A DNA stretch of 58,391 nt from an uncultured Muribaculaceae bacterium (GCA_964513435.1 CAZEMQ010000001.1:71883-130273); one strand, 5' to 3'. Shown: positions 40,312-49,787, counted from the first letter of the stretch. The notes: a model not told the origin generated them from the sequence alone. Numbers and translations are program-made.

Positions 40312-40839
40312 TTAAATTATTATATTTATATTTTCAGGAAGTGGAGGTAAGTCGACATCTGATTCAGAATCTAATACAGAATTATCTCTTTTAAGTATAA
40401 AAAATTCTATTAAATTTGAATTAGAATCATATACATAACATTCTTCTCTGGCTGTACAATATTTATCAGTTTTATGTTTTCTTAATTCCTTTAATATTTC
40501 TTTTATATTCTTGTTAATATCAACAACTTTGACATCAAAATTTGTACATGGAATGTACCTTATTTTTAAACAATTTGAATCATTATATTTAGGAGAATGT
40601 TTTACAAAATTTGAGTGTTGAAAAAAATTCTCATTATTATAAGTCAAATTTAAATCTTGTTTAAAAGTAAAAAGTTCTATTAAATTAAGATTTTCATCAT
40701 ATATATAACATTTATATGTATCATGGTCACACATGTTAGTTTTATATTTTCTTATTTCTTTTAAGAACGTTTCCTTATTCTCAGAAACGATACTATATGT
40801 ATGATTAGAAAACTTTTCTATTTCTAAATGTTTTATCAT
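40312..40839 (-). CDS. small protein made of two tandem homologous halves (175 aa), TAG-free
   Basis: Intact track ORF. The two halves align: ..KETFLKEIRKYKTNMCDHDTYKCYIYDENLNLIELFTFKQD.. versus ..IKEILKELRKHKTDKYCTAREECYVYDSNSNLIEFFILKRD... ATGA overlap with the upstream gene. Confidence 0.75.
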   Translation of the reverse strand: MIKHLEIEKFSNHTYSIVSENKETFLKEIRKYKTNMCDHDTYKCYIYDENLNLIELFTFKQDLNLTYNNENFFQHSNFVKHSPKYNDSNCLKIRYIPCTNFDVKVVDINKNIKEILKELRKHKTDKYCTAREECYVYDSNSNLIEFFILKRDNSVLDSESDVDLPPLPENINIII

Positions 40840-41906
40840 TGGTCATTTGAAATTAACTAATTTATAAATAAACCCATAGGGATTGTATAATACTATCCAG
40901 TAATAGCTTCCCAAAATCCTTTTCTTGCTTCTGGAGTATCTTTGATAAAATCAACGATACTTTCTTTTTCAATAGCTCTAGGATCATTTTTAATGTTTTT
41001 CATTAACTATTTAACTACATCATCTCCTGGATAGATAGATCCCGGTTCAATGTTCATTCTTTGTCCTAATTCAAATAAATTAGCAGCAGCTTCGTGAGAG
41101 TCTGATACATAATCATATCCTTCTAGTAAATTTTCTGGGATTTCCGATCTAGGTTTAAATATTTTATCAGTTTTATATTGATAGAATTTGGATGTTCCTT
41201 TTACCCTTTTAAGAAAATCTTGATAATTTTCTCCGTCTCTAATTGGTTCAGCTATCCCAAGTCGTCCTCTGTGTATTATTTCATGAAAAGTAGAATTTTC
41301 AATATCTGGACTATATAGATTTATTTCTAAAACATCTTTTGTAGGATCTGAATTTGGACTAATTCTAGCTCTCCATGTTTCTTTAGGTATAACTTCTATT
41401 TTTGGATGTATTTGTGTATTTACACGCTAACTACTAGTAACGTTAGGTGAGAAATCTGTAAATCCTAATCTTTTTGCTTCTTCTAAGTTAGACTAATCTA
41501 CACGCTATCTTAAATTTGATGAAAAGTAATCTTGTGCTTTTTTAATCCCATCTTTTACTTCCTATGCTATTACAGACATATCCCAATTTTTGTTTTTTAT
41601 GTATTTTTTAGATACTATTTCTCCTATTGGTAACGATTGTAATGTTTCTCTAAATCCTTTAATATAAGTAATTGGATGTCTAAGAAACTTATAAACACTT
41701 GTAATATCAGCACCTAATGTCGGAGCGGTTAATCCAGCATCTGCTAAAATTTCTAAATTTTCAGCTAACTATTGTGACGCTTTGCTTGGTTCTTGAATCC
41801 AATTTTTATTATCGTCTTGTTTCCATCCACTTGCTGTCATAACTGAGGGACTTTCAGCAACAGCTCCTCCAATTATAGCATTTTTAATTTGTTCTAACCA
41901 ATCCAT
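40836..41906 (-). CDS. HExxH-motif protein (356 aa), possible zinc metallopeptidase
   Basis: ATG 41906 to TGA 40838-40836 = 1071 nt. Seven in-frame TAG. Contains ..NSTFHEIIHRGRLG.. (about 41290-41265). It is the first gene after the strong terminator at 41913-41951. Confidence 0.65.
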
Positions 41907-41912
41907 ATACTT

Positions 41913-41951
41913 AAAAAATAAAGGCGAAGGCGAATAAAACGCCCTCGCCTT
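41913..41951 (-). terminator. rho-independent terminator
   Basis: Minus strand: AAGGCGAGGGCG-ttttatt-CGCCTTCGCCTT followed by TATTTTTT. A GC-rich 12-bp stem in an AT-rich genome, 13 nt after the TAA of 41964..43112. Confidence 0.75.
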
Positions 41952-41963
41952 GTTAAATTAAAA

Positions 41964-43112
41964 TTATTCAGTAACTTTTAAACCATCCGAAGATACAGTC
42001 AATGATGTTCCATCAAGTTTAACAGATACTTCATTATCTGTAATATTGATACCATCACCAGCAGTTAGATTATCTTGTTTTTCAGTTTGTAATTGCTCAA
42101 CAGTTGTACTCAAAGTATTAACCGTGCTATTCAAATTATTAACTGCATTGGTCAAAGATTCAATATCATGTGCAACAGAATCAAGACCTGGACTTCCATA
42201 ACCATCTACTGTATTAATAGTACCTATAGTAGCTAATGCAGCTTCAAACTCATCAGAAACAGTCTGGTTAACATAGAATACATGAGTAGTTCTAGATTTT
42301 ACTAAATCGCCTACAGCATTGTCTCCAAGAATACCTCTATTAACACAATAATGAATAGTATATTGATTATACTTAGCACCTATAATCGGAGCTTCATCTT
42401 GGTTAAGAGCAAGCCAACGAGTACGTTCGTAGGTAGGCAAACGTAAATTATGCAACAAGAACGGATAAGTACCAAAGCCTTCTTTTCCTACAAAATATGC
42501 TTCCGAGGTAGCAGTTACAGCATCATTAGAATCAACTTCTGTGATATCTTCTAACGATCTAACTACGTTATATTCACCCATACCATAATAAGCATCTCTA
42601 TCAAGTTTTTCAATATTTAAAATTTTAAACCTTTGATACTCATCGGTAGCTTCTATCGTGATATAAGTACCACTATTAGAAACATTCAACAATTTCCTAT
42701 TATAGACCATAATTTCGTACTTATTGATGGTCTTAATTAATTTTTCAGCAGTTGTAGCTGCATCTGTATCCCAAATAAAATCAACTGATAAAGGTTTACC
42801 TTTCCATTGAAGATCATTAGCATACAAAGAGCTTTGAGATGCTTGAGAGATACCAAGATAAATGTGTAATCTAAATATATCTCCGTCTGTTCCGCTCAAC
42901 TGTGACAAATCAATAGTCACTTTAGCAAATTCAGCATCATGTGCTTCTGCTTTATAAATAACATGAACGTTATTGGCAAGGAACTTGTTTACTCTTTTAA
43001 CATAAAAACTAGCAGGGTTAGTTCCATCTGCTGCCTGTGCTGACCACAACGGTTTACCTGTTGTGAAATCTCTGTTTGAATTAATTACGGTTGTTGTTGT
43101 AAATTGAAACAT
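41964..43112 (-). CDS. abundant-type virion structural protein (382 aa), auxiliary-capsid or head-fibre-like, TAG-free
   Basis: Intact track ORF with ATG and TAA. C-terminal coiled coil (..LTNAVNNLNSTVNTLSTTVEQLQTEKQ..) followed by short fibre-like repeats (GDGINITDNEVSVKLDGTSLTVSSDGLKV). Followed by a strong terminator. The role is inferred. Confidence 0.8.
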   Translation of the reverse strand: MFQFTTTTVINSNRDFTTGKPLWSAQAADGTNPASFYVKRVNKFLANNVHVIYKAEAHDAEFAKVTIDLSQLSGTDGDIFRLHIYLGISQASQSSLYANDLQWKGKPLSVDFIWDTDAATTAEKLIKTINKYEIMVYNRKLLNVSNSGTYITIEATDEYQRFKILNIEKLDRDAYYGMGEYNVVRSLEDITEVDSNDAVTATSEAYFVGKEGFGTYPFLLHNLRLPTYERTRWLALNQDEAPIIGAKYNQYTIHYCVNRGILGDNAVGDLVKSRTTHVFYVNQTVSDEFEAALATIGTINTVDGYGSPGLDSVAHDIESLTNAVNNLNSTVNTLSTTVEQLQTEKQDNLTAGDGINITDNEVSVKLDGTSLTVSSDGLKVTE

Positions 43113-43127
43113 AATTTAAAAAGTTAT

Positions 43128-44147
43128 TTAACCTTGTTGAGGTTGGGTTTGGGTTTGTGTCTATTGCTGAGCTGGATTGGCAATAGACTGTGTAACTACA
43201 GTATTAGTTTGCAATCTTGGATCAGCAGTGTTCTCCATCACCAACATTGTCAGCTCATTGATAATCTCCTAACATACATAATCTGGAAATTCCATAATCT
43301 ATGATGTATCTTCTGTAAGATCTACTTGCTCTTGAGTTAATCTAATTATTTGTGGAGTTTTAATATAATCTATCATTACTGCCTATAACTCAAAGACGGA
43401 TGAATCTCGTCCATATCTAATTTCGCACCTAACTGATGAAGAATTACCATATCTAACTCCAGCTTCTTTTTCCACTATAGATTTATTTGTAAATCCTGTA
43501 AGATCAATAGTTCTAGGTAAATTAGAATTAGGCCCAGTAGTTAAAGAACTTCCAGATCCAGGATCTACTTCATAGTCAGATTTAGTATCTGTACCTACTG
43601 TATTTCTATTAAGAACAGTTGTTGTTTCTATAGGATTAGTAGGTAAATCTACAGATGTATTTAAATTATGTATATAATAATAAGGTCTTTCCGGAAGAGG
43701 TCTATTATAAAAATCATTTAATACAATAGACCACGAATCAGCAGTAAGTCTTCTTGCAGCAAACTGTACATAATCTCCAGCGTTATAGCATTTAAATCTT
43801 TTGTTTAATTTATACACACATATACAGTTTAAAATATGTAGATAATCAAGAGGTAAATATACTTCATAAGTTGCTCCAAACAACGAAGCACTTCCAGTTT
43901 TCCAATTAGAAGTATCAACTCCACTTATGGTAGAAGTAATTTGCTATGGAATTAAGACAGTTGTAGATTTTAATACTCTTATGTCATCGGTAGTTTGCTA
44001 ATTAACATCATATATATTATATCGTTTGTTAATATATTGATTGATAGCTTTATTAATGTAGTAGTTAAAGTCCTATAGCAACATACTAGGTGCGTTTACT
44101 TTGCTTAGTTCTATTAACATACTTTCAAACACCTAACGGCTTGTCAT
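43128..44147 (-). CDS. head-associated protein (339 aa), possibly connector/adaptor-like
   Basis: ATG 44147 to TAA 43130-43128 = 1020 nt. Extends track ORF 43383..43883 at both ends through TAG codons. Q/T-rich C-terminal tail (..AQQ-TAG-TQTQTQPQQG). The function is a guess from position. Confidence 0.65.
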
Positions 44148-44190
44148 GTTGTGTTATATTTAAAAGACTATTTTGTAATATATTTTGGTT

Positions 44191-45048
44191 TTATTTAGAT
44201 TCATAATAGTCTGGGTAAGTATCTTTTTTAATTAACTCTAAAACTTTTATGTTTTTTGGGTCTTGCATCCAAGCTATAACTGCATCATCTGTTGCTCCAA
44301 GAACAATATTATCTGCATACAGATATAATTTATTTTTAATGTATATAATTTTCTTTTCTCTGGCTTCTATAAACAAAAGTCTAAGAGATATATCATCTCC
44401 TGTATAAAGATTGATTATTTTTTGAGGATCTTTACTAGCAATACGAAGAAGAAAATCTAATACATCTGCTATAGGTTGATTACGCATATCTTTACCTAAA
44501 ATTCTAGCCATATTTAGTTGACCTTCGATACCACGAGGGTCATCATAGATAAATGATTCAGCTTTATGAACAAGTTGTTTACGAGAAACCCTTCTTTGTG
44601 TATCTAATCCAGGTTTATCTATATATAATTCAGCTACTCCATTACGTCCTGGTCTACTTCCATGAGTTTTAGGTCCGTCTATAACAAAATTACCTTGTGC
44701 GTCTTTTTCGTCTCTACTTTTAGCTATCAAAGGACAATTCTCAATCGCTTCCCATTCAGCTTTTTCCCAAATATCATCTAAATTGTATGTTTTGCCATTC
44801 TGAATAACAAATATTTTGTTTTCAGGAAAAAACGCTGCTCTTCCTTCTGAATAATCGTTTCTTTCCTTTTCACTCATTATCATATCACCTTGTGAATTGA
44901 CTCTTTTTATACAACTAGGAAACTGTCCCTATTTATTTTTACAAGGTTGAATATAATATTTAATGTTTGCTTTATCGTAGATGCTTCTTAATCTAATAAT
45001 TCTATCATCAAAAATAATATCAGTTTTTGTTACTTGTTTCTATGCCAT
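44191..45048 (-). CDS. hypothetical protein (285 aa)
   Basis: ATG 45048 (third codon is TAG) to TAA 44193-44191 = 858 nt. Extends track ORF 44191..44883 upstream through a second TAG. Confidence 0.7.
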
Positions 45049-45064
45049 ATTAATTCATTAACAT

Positions 45065-45109
45065 TAAAAATATTAAAACTTGACAGAGGAGAGAGAAGTC
45101 TCCTCTGTC
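45065..45109 (-). terminator. rho-independent terminator after the capsid-type gene
   Basis: Minus strand: GACAGAGGAGA-cttc-TCTCTCCTCTGTC followed by AAGTTTTAATATTTTT. Begins about 33 nt after the TGA at 45144-45142. Confidence 0.75.
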
Positions 45110-45141
45110 TAATCTATTTTTCTTTAATTTTATATCTATTA

Positions 45142-45267
45142 TCACGCTTCGCGTAAAATTACGCTACGATGTGGTGTAAAGCAAGCTATACCACAATATG
45201 ACATCATTACTAATCTGGAACCTGCTACATTGCTAGCTACTTCTCCTGAAGTCTTGCCATCGTATCC
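45142..45267 (-). CDS. putative major capsid protein, exon 12 (last)
   Basis: Follows the intron 3' end ..gataacacattG|GGATACGAT. 126 nt encoding GYDGKTSGEVASNVAGSRLVMMSYCGIACFTPHRSVILREA, then TGA and a terminator. More GC-rich than the flanks. The other two frames either read through the terminator hairpin or stop early. Confidence 0.65.
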   Translation of the reverse strand, partial: GYDGKTSGEVASNVAGSRLVMMSYCGIACFTPHRSVILREA

Positions 45268-45351
45268 CAATGTGTTATCGTGTAGCTTTTTATCTACACT
45301 TCTATAACTTACTTATTCGTTATAGTTCAGCATATATTTTTATCCTATATA

Positions 45352-46056
45352 TTATATTGTATAGTTAATTTTTTGATTTTGTTTAAGCTGTTCTATTTCT
45401 TTTTGCATTATTTTTATCAACTTATCTTTTTCTTCGTCCCTACGTTTTAATTCTTCAATATCTTCACTGTTTTGTTCAATTAACCATAATGCAGCTTGTC
45501 CACATTTTTGTAAATTAAATAACTTTAATTCTTCTGGACATCCTGTTTCTAAATTGCGTTTAGATTCTTTAAAGATTTGAAGAATTTCTTTCTTAGTTAA
45601 ATTTTTATTCAATCTATAAATAGTATCTTCAGAAATGTTTAACTTATCAGCAAGTTCTTTGTTACTTAATGATAATTTTCCGTAAGGTTGTATATCTTTA
45701 AACATATATTGATAACTTGCAGCTATATATGCTTTTTCAGAAAAAGATAAATTTGGATTATCAATGAATTCTAAATAAAATTTATCAAATTTAATTACCT
45801 TTTTAAAGAAATAGTAATTAGATCTACCTTTCTTTTTTACCGTAATGTACTCACATCTTATTAAATTATCTATTGCTTTTCTAATTGTATTGATGGCAGC
45901 ACCACTACGTTTTGATAATGTAGCTAATGATGGATAACATTCATGTTGCTCATTATCATAGCATTTTAAATATAAATATACAAGTACATCTGCCGGTTTT
46001 AATTGCGCTTCTTCTGTCATTTTTGATGGTAAAATAAAAAATTGTTCCTCTTTCAT
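45352..46056 (-). CDS. winged-helix/HTH DNA-binding protein (replication-initiator or regulator-like), 234 aa, intron-encoded, TAG-free
   Basis: ATG 46056 (the track ORF starts 12 nt upstream at a TTG). The N terminus matches the usual HTH_36-type pattern (FFILPSKM..LKPADVLVYLYLKCYDNEQHECYPSLATLSKRSGAAINTIRKAIDNLIRCEYITV). A second HTH (LSNKELADKLNISEDTIYRLNKNL) and a C-terminal coiled coil follow. I see no nuclease motif. Confidence 0.8.
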   Translation of the reverse strand: MKEEQFFILPSKMTEEAQLKPADVLVYLYLKCYDNEQHECYPSLATLSKRSGAAINTIRKAIDNLIRCEYITVKKKGRSNYYFFKKVIKFDKFYLEFIDNPNLSFSEKAYIAASYQYMFKDIQPYGKLSLSNKELADKLNISEDTIYRLNKNLTKKEILQIFKESKRNLETGCPEELKLFNLQKCGQAALWLIEQNSEDIEELKRRDEEKDKLIKIMQKEIEQLKQNQKINYTI

Positions 46057-46132
46057 AAATCGTATCAATTAATATATTATGCACAAATATATCAATCATA
46101 ATTCAATTTTTGAAATTAAAAAAATGTTAAAA

Positions 46133-46215
46133 CGCAAATTTGATATGATTCAAGGGCAAATTTAATACGACCAACCGCAAATTTAATATGGTTCGACCGC
46201 AAATTTAATATATAT
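46133..46215 (-). repeat. four iteron-like direct repeats (period 21-22 bp) upstream of the HTH gene
   Basis: Minus strand: TATTAAATTTGCGGtcgaacca / TATTAAATTTGCGGttggtcg / TATTAAATTTGCCCttgaatca / TATCAAATTTGCGTtttaaca. The GCAAATTT cores start on the plus strand at 46134, 46156, 46177 and 46199. An almost pure A/T tract with TAAGTATAG repeats lies immediately next to them (46205-46250). Confidence 0.7.
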
Positions 46216-46433
46216 ATCTATATTTAAACTATACTTAATATCTATACTTAAACGCTTCGCGAATCAAAAAATTTTAAATAAGGATATTGGACACTCGTGG
46301 AGATATTATATTTATTCAATCTCTATGCGTTACACTACTTAAATACCTTTCGCAATTATTTAAGTTAGCACGGTATTTTCATTTCAGAATCCACCGTTTT
46401 TTGCCCAATTCATTAATAACATTACTGTTATTA

Positions 46434-46786
46434 AGGGCAGAATGTTCTACCTACGCCTGAAAGTTTATTAGTAGTAAAGTCTTGACCCATAAGGGCAACT
46501 TTAGCGATAGCTGGAGTTCCAGATGTTTTATCAGCGGTAAGGTCGATACATACACCATAACCTTTATCAGGATATTCACGAGTCAATGCTCGATCAACTA
46601 CGAATGAAACCTGATTTCCGGCATAAACATACGAATCAAAGGTATTTCCTACCTTAATATAACCACCTTCACCACGATTAGCAGATTTTGAGTACATGTA
46701 AGTACCATCTGTTCTATAATTAGCAAGATATTCACCAAGAACTGTATTTATATCTTGCCATAATTTGCGGTTGACTACAAAAATCC
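46434..46786 (-). CDS. putative major capsid protein, exon 11
   Basis: Follows ..agaataacataattG|GG ATT TTT GTA. 353 nt (2 nt + 117 codons) ending TGC CCT| at 46434. The 12 N-terminal residues and the stop codon of track ORF 46431..46820 are intron sequence. Confidence 0.65.
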
Positions 46787-47946
46787 CAATTATGTTATTC
46801 TGAAACTTTAATAGTTTCAATTCTTATACTTTCGTATAAGTTCAGACTATATCATTATCTTATAATGGTTTAATGTTAGAAGTGTTACCATAAAAATATC
46901 TCCATCTATATCCTCCACATCTTTTTTGTGTTCCTTTAATTGCAGCTATGATATTTGCACTAGATTTAATTCCATTTGCATCAGCTGCTTCTTTAATTGA
47001 AGAATAAGATTCTAAAAAGATTCCTTTGTCATTATATTTAGCAACAGGAGATAAATGATTATTGTTTTTAGGAACAAATTTATTTTTATATGACCAAAAA
47101 TAACCGTATGCTTGATTAGATTTATTATTACATACATTCCAAATAGATGTTTTTGCTGAAATGCTATTTTCAAATTGTTTAGATGCTTCTACTATTGATT
47201 TCCAACATTTGATTAAATTACCTTGTAAATCGAACTAATACACCGATTTCTCTTTTTTCTCAACTGGAGATATATCACTCATATCGTCATTAAAATACTT
47301 CCATTGATAATTTCCGCAGTATTTAGAATTTCCAGATAAGTTTTGTTTTATTGAATTTAAATTTAATGCCTATGATGCTTCTTTAATTGAATCCCACACT
47401 CTTATAAACTTACCTTCTAAAGTGTACTGCGCTATTTTTCTAGAATGCTCATATTGAGATATAATTCCTCCAACTGAAAGATTATAAGTATCTGTTCTTT
47501 TAACAAAATCAATATTTACTATTTCAGCTTCTTTCGCATAAGCTAATTTTTTTCCTTCTTCTGTATCTGGAAATATATATAAAGTTTCTCTTTTAAAATT
47601 TTCATAACCATATTTCTATACAGCTTTCGGAAATCCTTTTATTTTCTTTTTTCTATCTTTTTTTGTAACACCACATCCAATATATCCATCAAATATATCT
47701 GGGTTAGTCCTATGCACCCCTACATAGATTTTACCATTAATTAAATTAGTAGTTTTATAAACTATATATTTCATAAGATATTAAACGTTTAGTCGTTGAA
47801 CATTCTTCCCTTTCGGAAGCCTTTGCTGCTGATTGTCTAATTCTCTAATTTTTAAACATTTATGTTTAGAATTACTTCTTACATTGTAGTTTAGAGACTC
47901 TAAAGATTTCCCAGCAATTTGAATAATTTATTTTTACAGCTTTTTC
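46787..47946 (-). mobile_element. group I intron I carrying a GIY-YIG ORF
   Basis: Core: aaattgctgggaaatc, agacaatcagcagc, gttcaacgactaa. The ORF follows, then gatatagtctgaac (46845-46857), P9 hairpins and ataacataattG. The 5' splice site is placed by codon phase at GCAGCTT| (47947); ATAGCTT| (47956) is also possible. The P1 candidate AAGCUGU gives U-A rather than U.G. Confidence 0.6.
46860..47774 (-). CDS. GIY-YIG homing endonuclease (304 aa) with three in-frame TAG
   Basis: ATG 47774 to TAA 46862-46860 = 915 nt. MKYIVYKTTNLINGKIYVGVH..FDGYIGCG..YNLSVGG, then repeated C-terminal W.S..EA....GY.W-type DNA-binding modules. The track misses it because of the TAG codons. Confidence 0.75.
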
Positions 47947-48112
47947 AAGCTGCCCAAGCTATTTTTGTTAACTTGTTGCCGGTATCTGCCTATGCTTTAT
48001 CAGCCATATCATTCATTATCATGTTGAACAATACAAGATTAGGTTTACCAACGTAACAATATTTATTAGCAGCCGCTTCTATTTGGGGAATCGCCCCTTC
48101 GCCTATATAAAT
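47947..48112 (-). CDS. putative major capsid protein, exon 10
   Basis: Follows ..acatagagaaatattG|ATT TAT ATA GGC. Reads IYIGEGAIPQIEAAANKYCYVGKPNLVLFNMIMNDMADKA-TAG-ADTGNKLTKIAWAA plus a final T that completes a TGG codon with exon 11. The 3' boundary is uncertain by 9 nt. An alternative P1 (GCUGCU/GGCAGC) would shorten the exon to 45 nt but breaks the frame with exon 11. Confidence 0.5.
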
Positions 48113-49462
48113 CAATATTTCTCTATGTTACCATAGAAGCTTAGACTATATCTTTAACTTATATATTCAAATATAAAACCTTTTGAAGATTTTCTTTCTT
48201 TTCTACAAACTTTTTGACAACTGGGAAATACTTTTTTGCATTCAGTTACACTATCCCAAATTTTTATCAAATTACGATTTAAATCATATTGAGCCACTTT
48301 TATAGCTTTTAAATTTTGTTTATTATAAGGTTCAATAGACTTAGATTTTATATAACTCCATCTATATCCTCCACAAGTTCTGTTATTTTTTATAGCTCTA
48401 ATAATATTACCATGACTTGTTTTAGGAGTATTGTTTATGGCATCTTTTATAGATTTATATTCTTTATCAAAAGTTCCATTTAACAAATATCTATAAACAG
48501 GAGTAATATTAGTTAATAATTTACCAGATTTTTCTTCAAGTAATTTGGTAATATCTTCATCTGCTCTGAGAAAATAATAACCACAACATGTAGTTCTATT
48601 AAATACAGAATTTGATATAGAATCTCTAGGTATATCTAATTTCAAAGCAGCTTCAGAAGCATTTTCAAAAGTATTTAATAACATTCCATCTTTATTATAT
48701 TGAAATACATATCCCCTAGAACTTAATTTGTATTCTGAAATATTAATTTTACTAATATCTGACCAAAACGAATTATTAAAACTTCTTTTATCTTTAATGC
48801 ACATTGCAATTCTATCTTTATTTATATTGTATGTAGTAGTAATATCTTTAATAGAATTCCATGTTTTTATCAGATTTCCGTTTAGATCAAATTCGTAAAT
48901 TGTTTTTGACATTATTGGAGGAATTTGTCCACCTGCTATCATATTGTAAGTATCAGTTCGTTTTACAAATTCTTCTGTTACTAACCACGCTTCTAAATCT
49001 AAAGCATCTTCAAGATTATCGAATACTTTTAAAGTATATCTATAAAAAGCAGACGTTCCGTACTTTAAAATAGCTTTATGTAAATGTGTTTTTCCTTTAT
49101 TATATGAACTAGGTTTATTAATATAAGCCCCACATCCAATATATCCATCAAATACTTCAGGGTTCTCTGTTTCGTGTACTCCAATATAAATTTTATTGTT
49201 TATTTTGTTTGTAGTTAAATATACTATGTATTTCATAAGTTTTATACTTTACTTTAAGTTATTTCCCATTTCCATCTTATAGATGTACGATTAAAAATCT
49301 AGTCGTTGAACTTTCTCTACAACTACATTATTAATGCTTGTTTTACGTAGAGTTTAGCTGCTGATTGTCCATAAATAGGAGTTCCCAGCAATTAAAGAAA
49401 TTAATTATTAATAGGTTTTCACCTATCTGACCCATTTATTAAACGGCGATTCTTAATTCCCC
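48113..49462 (-). mobile_element. group I intron H carrying a GIY-YIG ORF
   Basis: P1: exon GACCU (49467-49463) pairs with GGGUC. GNRA hairpin ATAGGTgaaaACCTAT. Core: taattgctgggaactcc, ggacaatcagcagc, gttcaacgactag. The ORF follows, then gatatagtctaag (48141-48152). Confidence 0.65.
48154..49236 (-). CDS. GIY-YIG homing endonuclease (360 aa), TAG-free
   Basis: Intact track ORF: MKYIVYLTTNKINNKIYIGVHETENPEVFDGYIGCG...YNMIAGG, plus three C-terminal repeat modules. Occupies the P8 loop of intron H. Confidence 0.9.
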   Translation of the reverse strand: MKYIVYLTTNKINNKIYIGVHETENPEVFDGYIGCGAYINKPSSYNKGKTHLHKAILKYGTSAFYRYTLKVFDNLEDALDLEAWLVTEEFVKRTDTYNMIAGGQIPPIMSKTIYEFDLNGNLIKTWNSIKDITTTYNINKDRIAMCIKDKRSFNNSFWSDISKINISEYKLSSRGYVFQYNKDGMLLNTFENASEAALKLDIPRDSISNSVFNRTTCCGYYFLRADEDITKLLEEKSGKLLTNITPVYRYLLNGTFDKEYKSIKDAINNTPKTSHGNIIRAIKNNRTCGGYRWSYIKSKSIEPYNKQNLKAIKVAQYDLNRNLIKIWDSVTECKKVFPSCQKVCRKERKSSKGFIFEYIS

Positions 49463-49533
49463 AGGTCTTCCAGTATCAGGATCACTTATTGTGCTCTTTC
49501 CATTGACATCCACCGAGCCTTTATTGAGCAGTA
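49463..49533 (-). CDS. putative major capsid protein, exon 9
   Basis: Follows ..gattaatatattG|TA CTG CTC. 71 nt. Its first 2 nt complete the codon started by the last T of exon 8. Reads LLLNKGSVDVNGKSTISDPDTGRP. Confidence 0.55.
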
Positions 49534-49787
49534 CAATATATTAATCTTATGTTACCATAAAATTCAGACTATATCTTCATTTTATATCCTATTACCGTTT
49601 ATAAAATGCCTCCCTTTTCCACTTACCTGTGTACTCTACTTGTTTATTCACTAATATGTTTCTTATTAGTTATACTTTCGATAGTCGTTGAACTTTACAT
49701 GAAAATTTTCATGTATTAGCTGCTGATTGTCCACCTCTGGAGTTTCCAGCAATTAAAGAGGTTTATACAGAGCTACTGTTACTCAGA
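49534..49787 (-). mobile_element. group I intron G, ORF-less (254 nt)
   Basis: P1: exon ACAGGGU pairs with IGS GCUCUGU (7 bp, ending in U.G). Core: ttaattgctggaaactcc, ggacaatcagcagc, gttcaacgactatcg, gatatagtctgaa (49563-49575). Confidence 0.7.

Larger units (their letters stand above)
45268..46433 (-). mobile_element. group I intron J (variant P7 subclass) carrying an HTH gene and iterons in its P8 loop
   Basis: The 5' region (GUAA-capped hairpin TAATAACAgtaaTGTTATTA, then atgaattgggc, ACGGT..ACCGT) and the 3' region (gtaacgcatagag ... ggataaaaatatatgctgaac, two P9 hairpins, gataacacattG) are homologous to intron 55567..56490. The 6-nt P8 loop of that intron is replaced here by about 936 nt (45346-46281). 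Confidence 0.65.

Noticed and set aside
45049-45267. A long alternative frame through exon 12 (..IRWQDFRRSS..) that stays open for about 70 codons
   Set aside because: It reads straight through the terminator hairpin (45082-45109), has an implausible basic and Ser-rich composition, and needs a splice phase incompatible with exon 11. The frame ending ..HRSVILREA-TGA is preferred.
46787-46820. N-terminal part (MKLLKFQNNII) and TTG start of track ORF 46431..46820, and its stop at 46431-46433
   Set aside because: This stretch follows the P7 3' strand and P9 hairpins of intron I and ends at the conserved ..ataacataattG splice signal, so it is intron read-through. The TAA at 46433-46431 lies just inside intron J.
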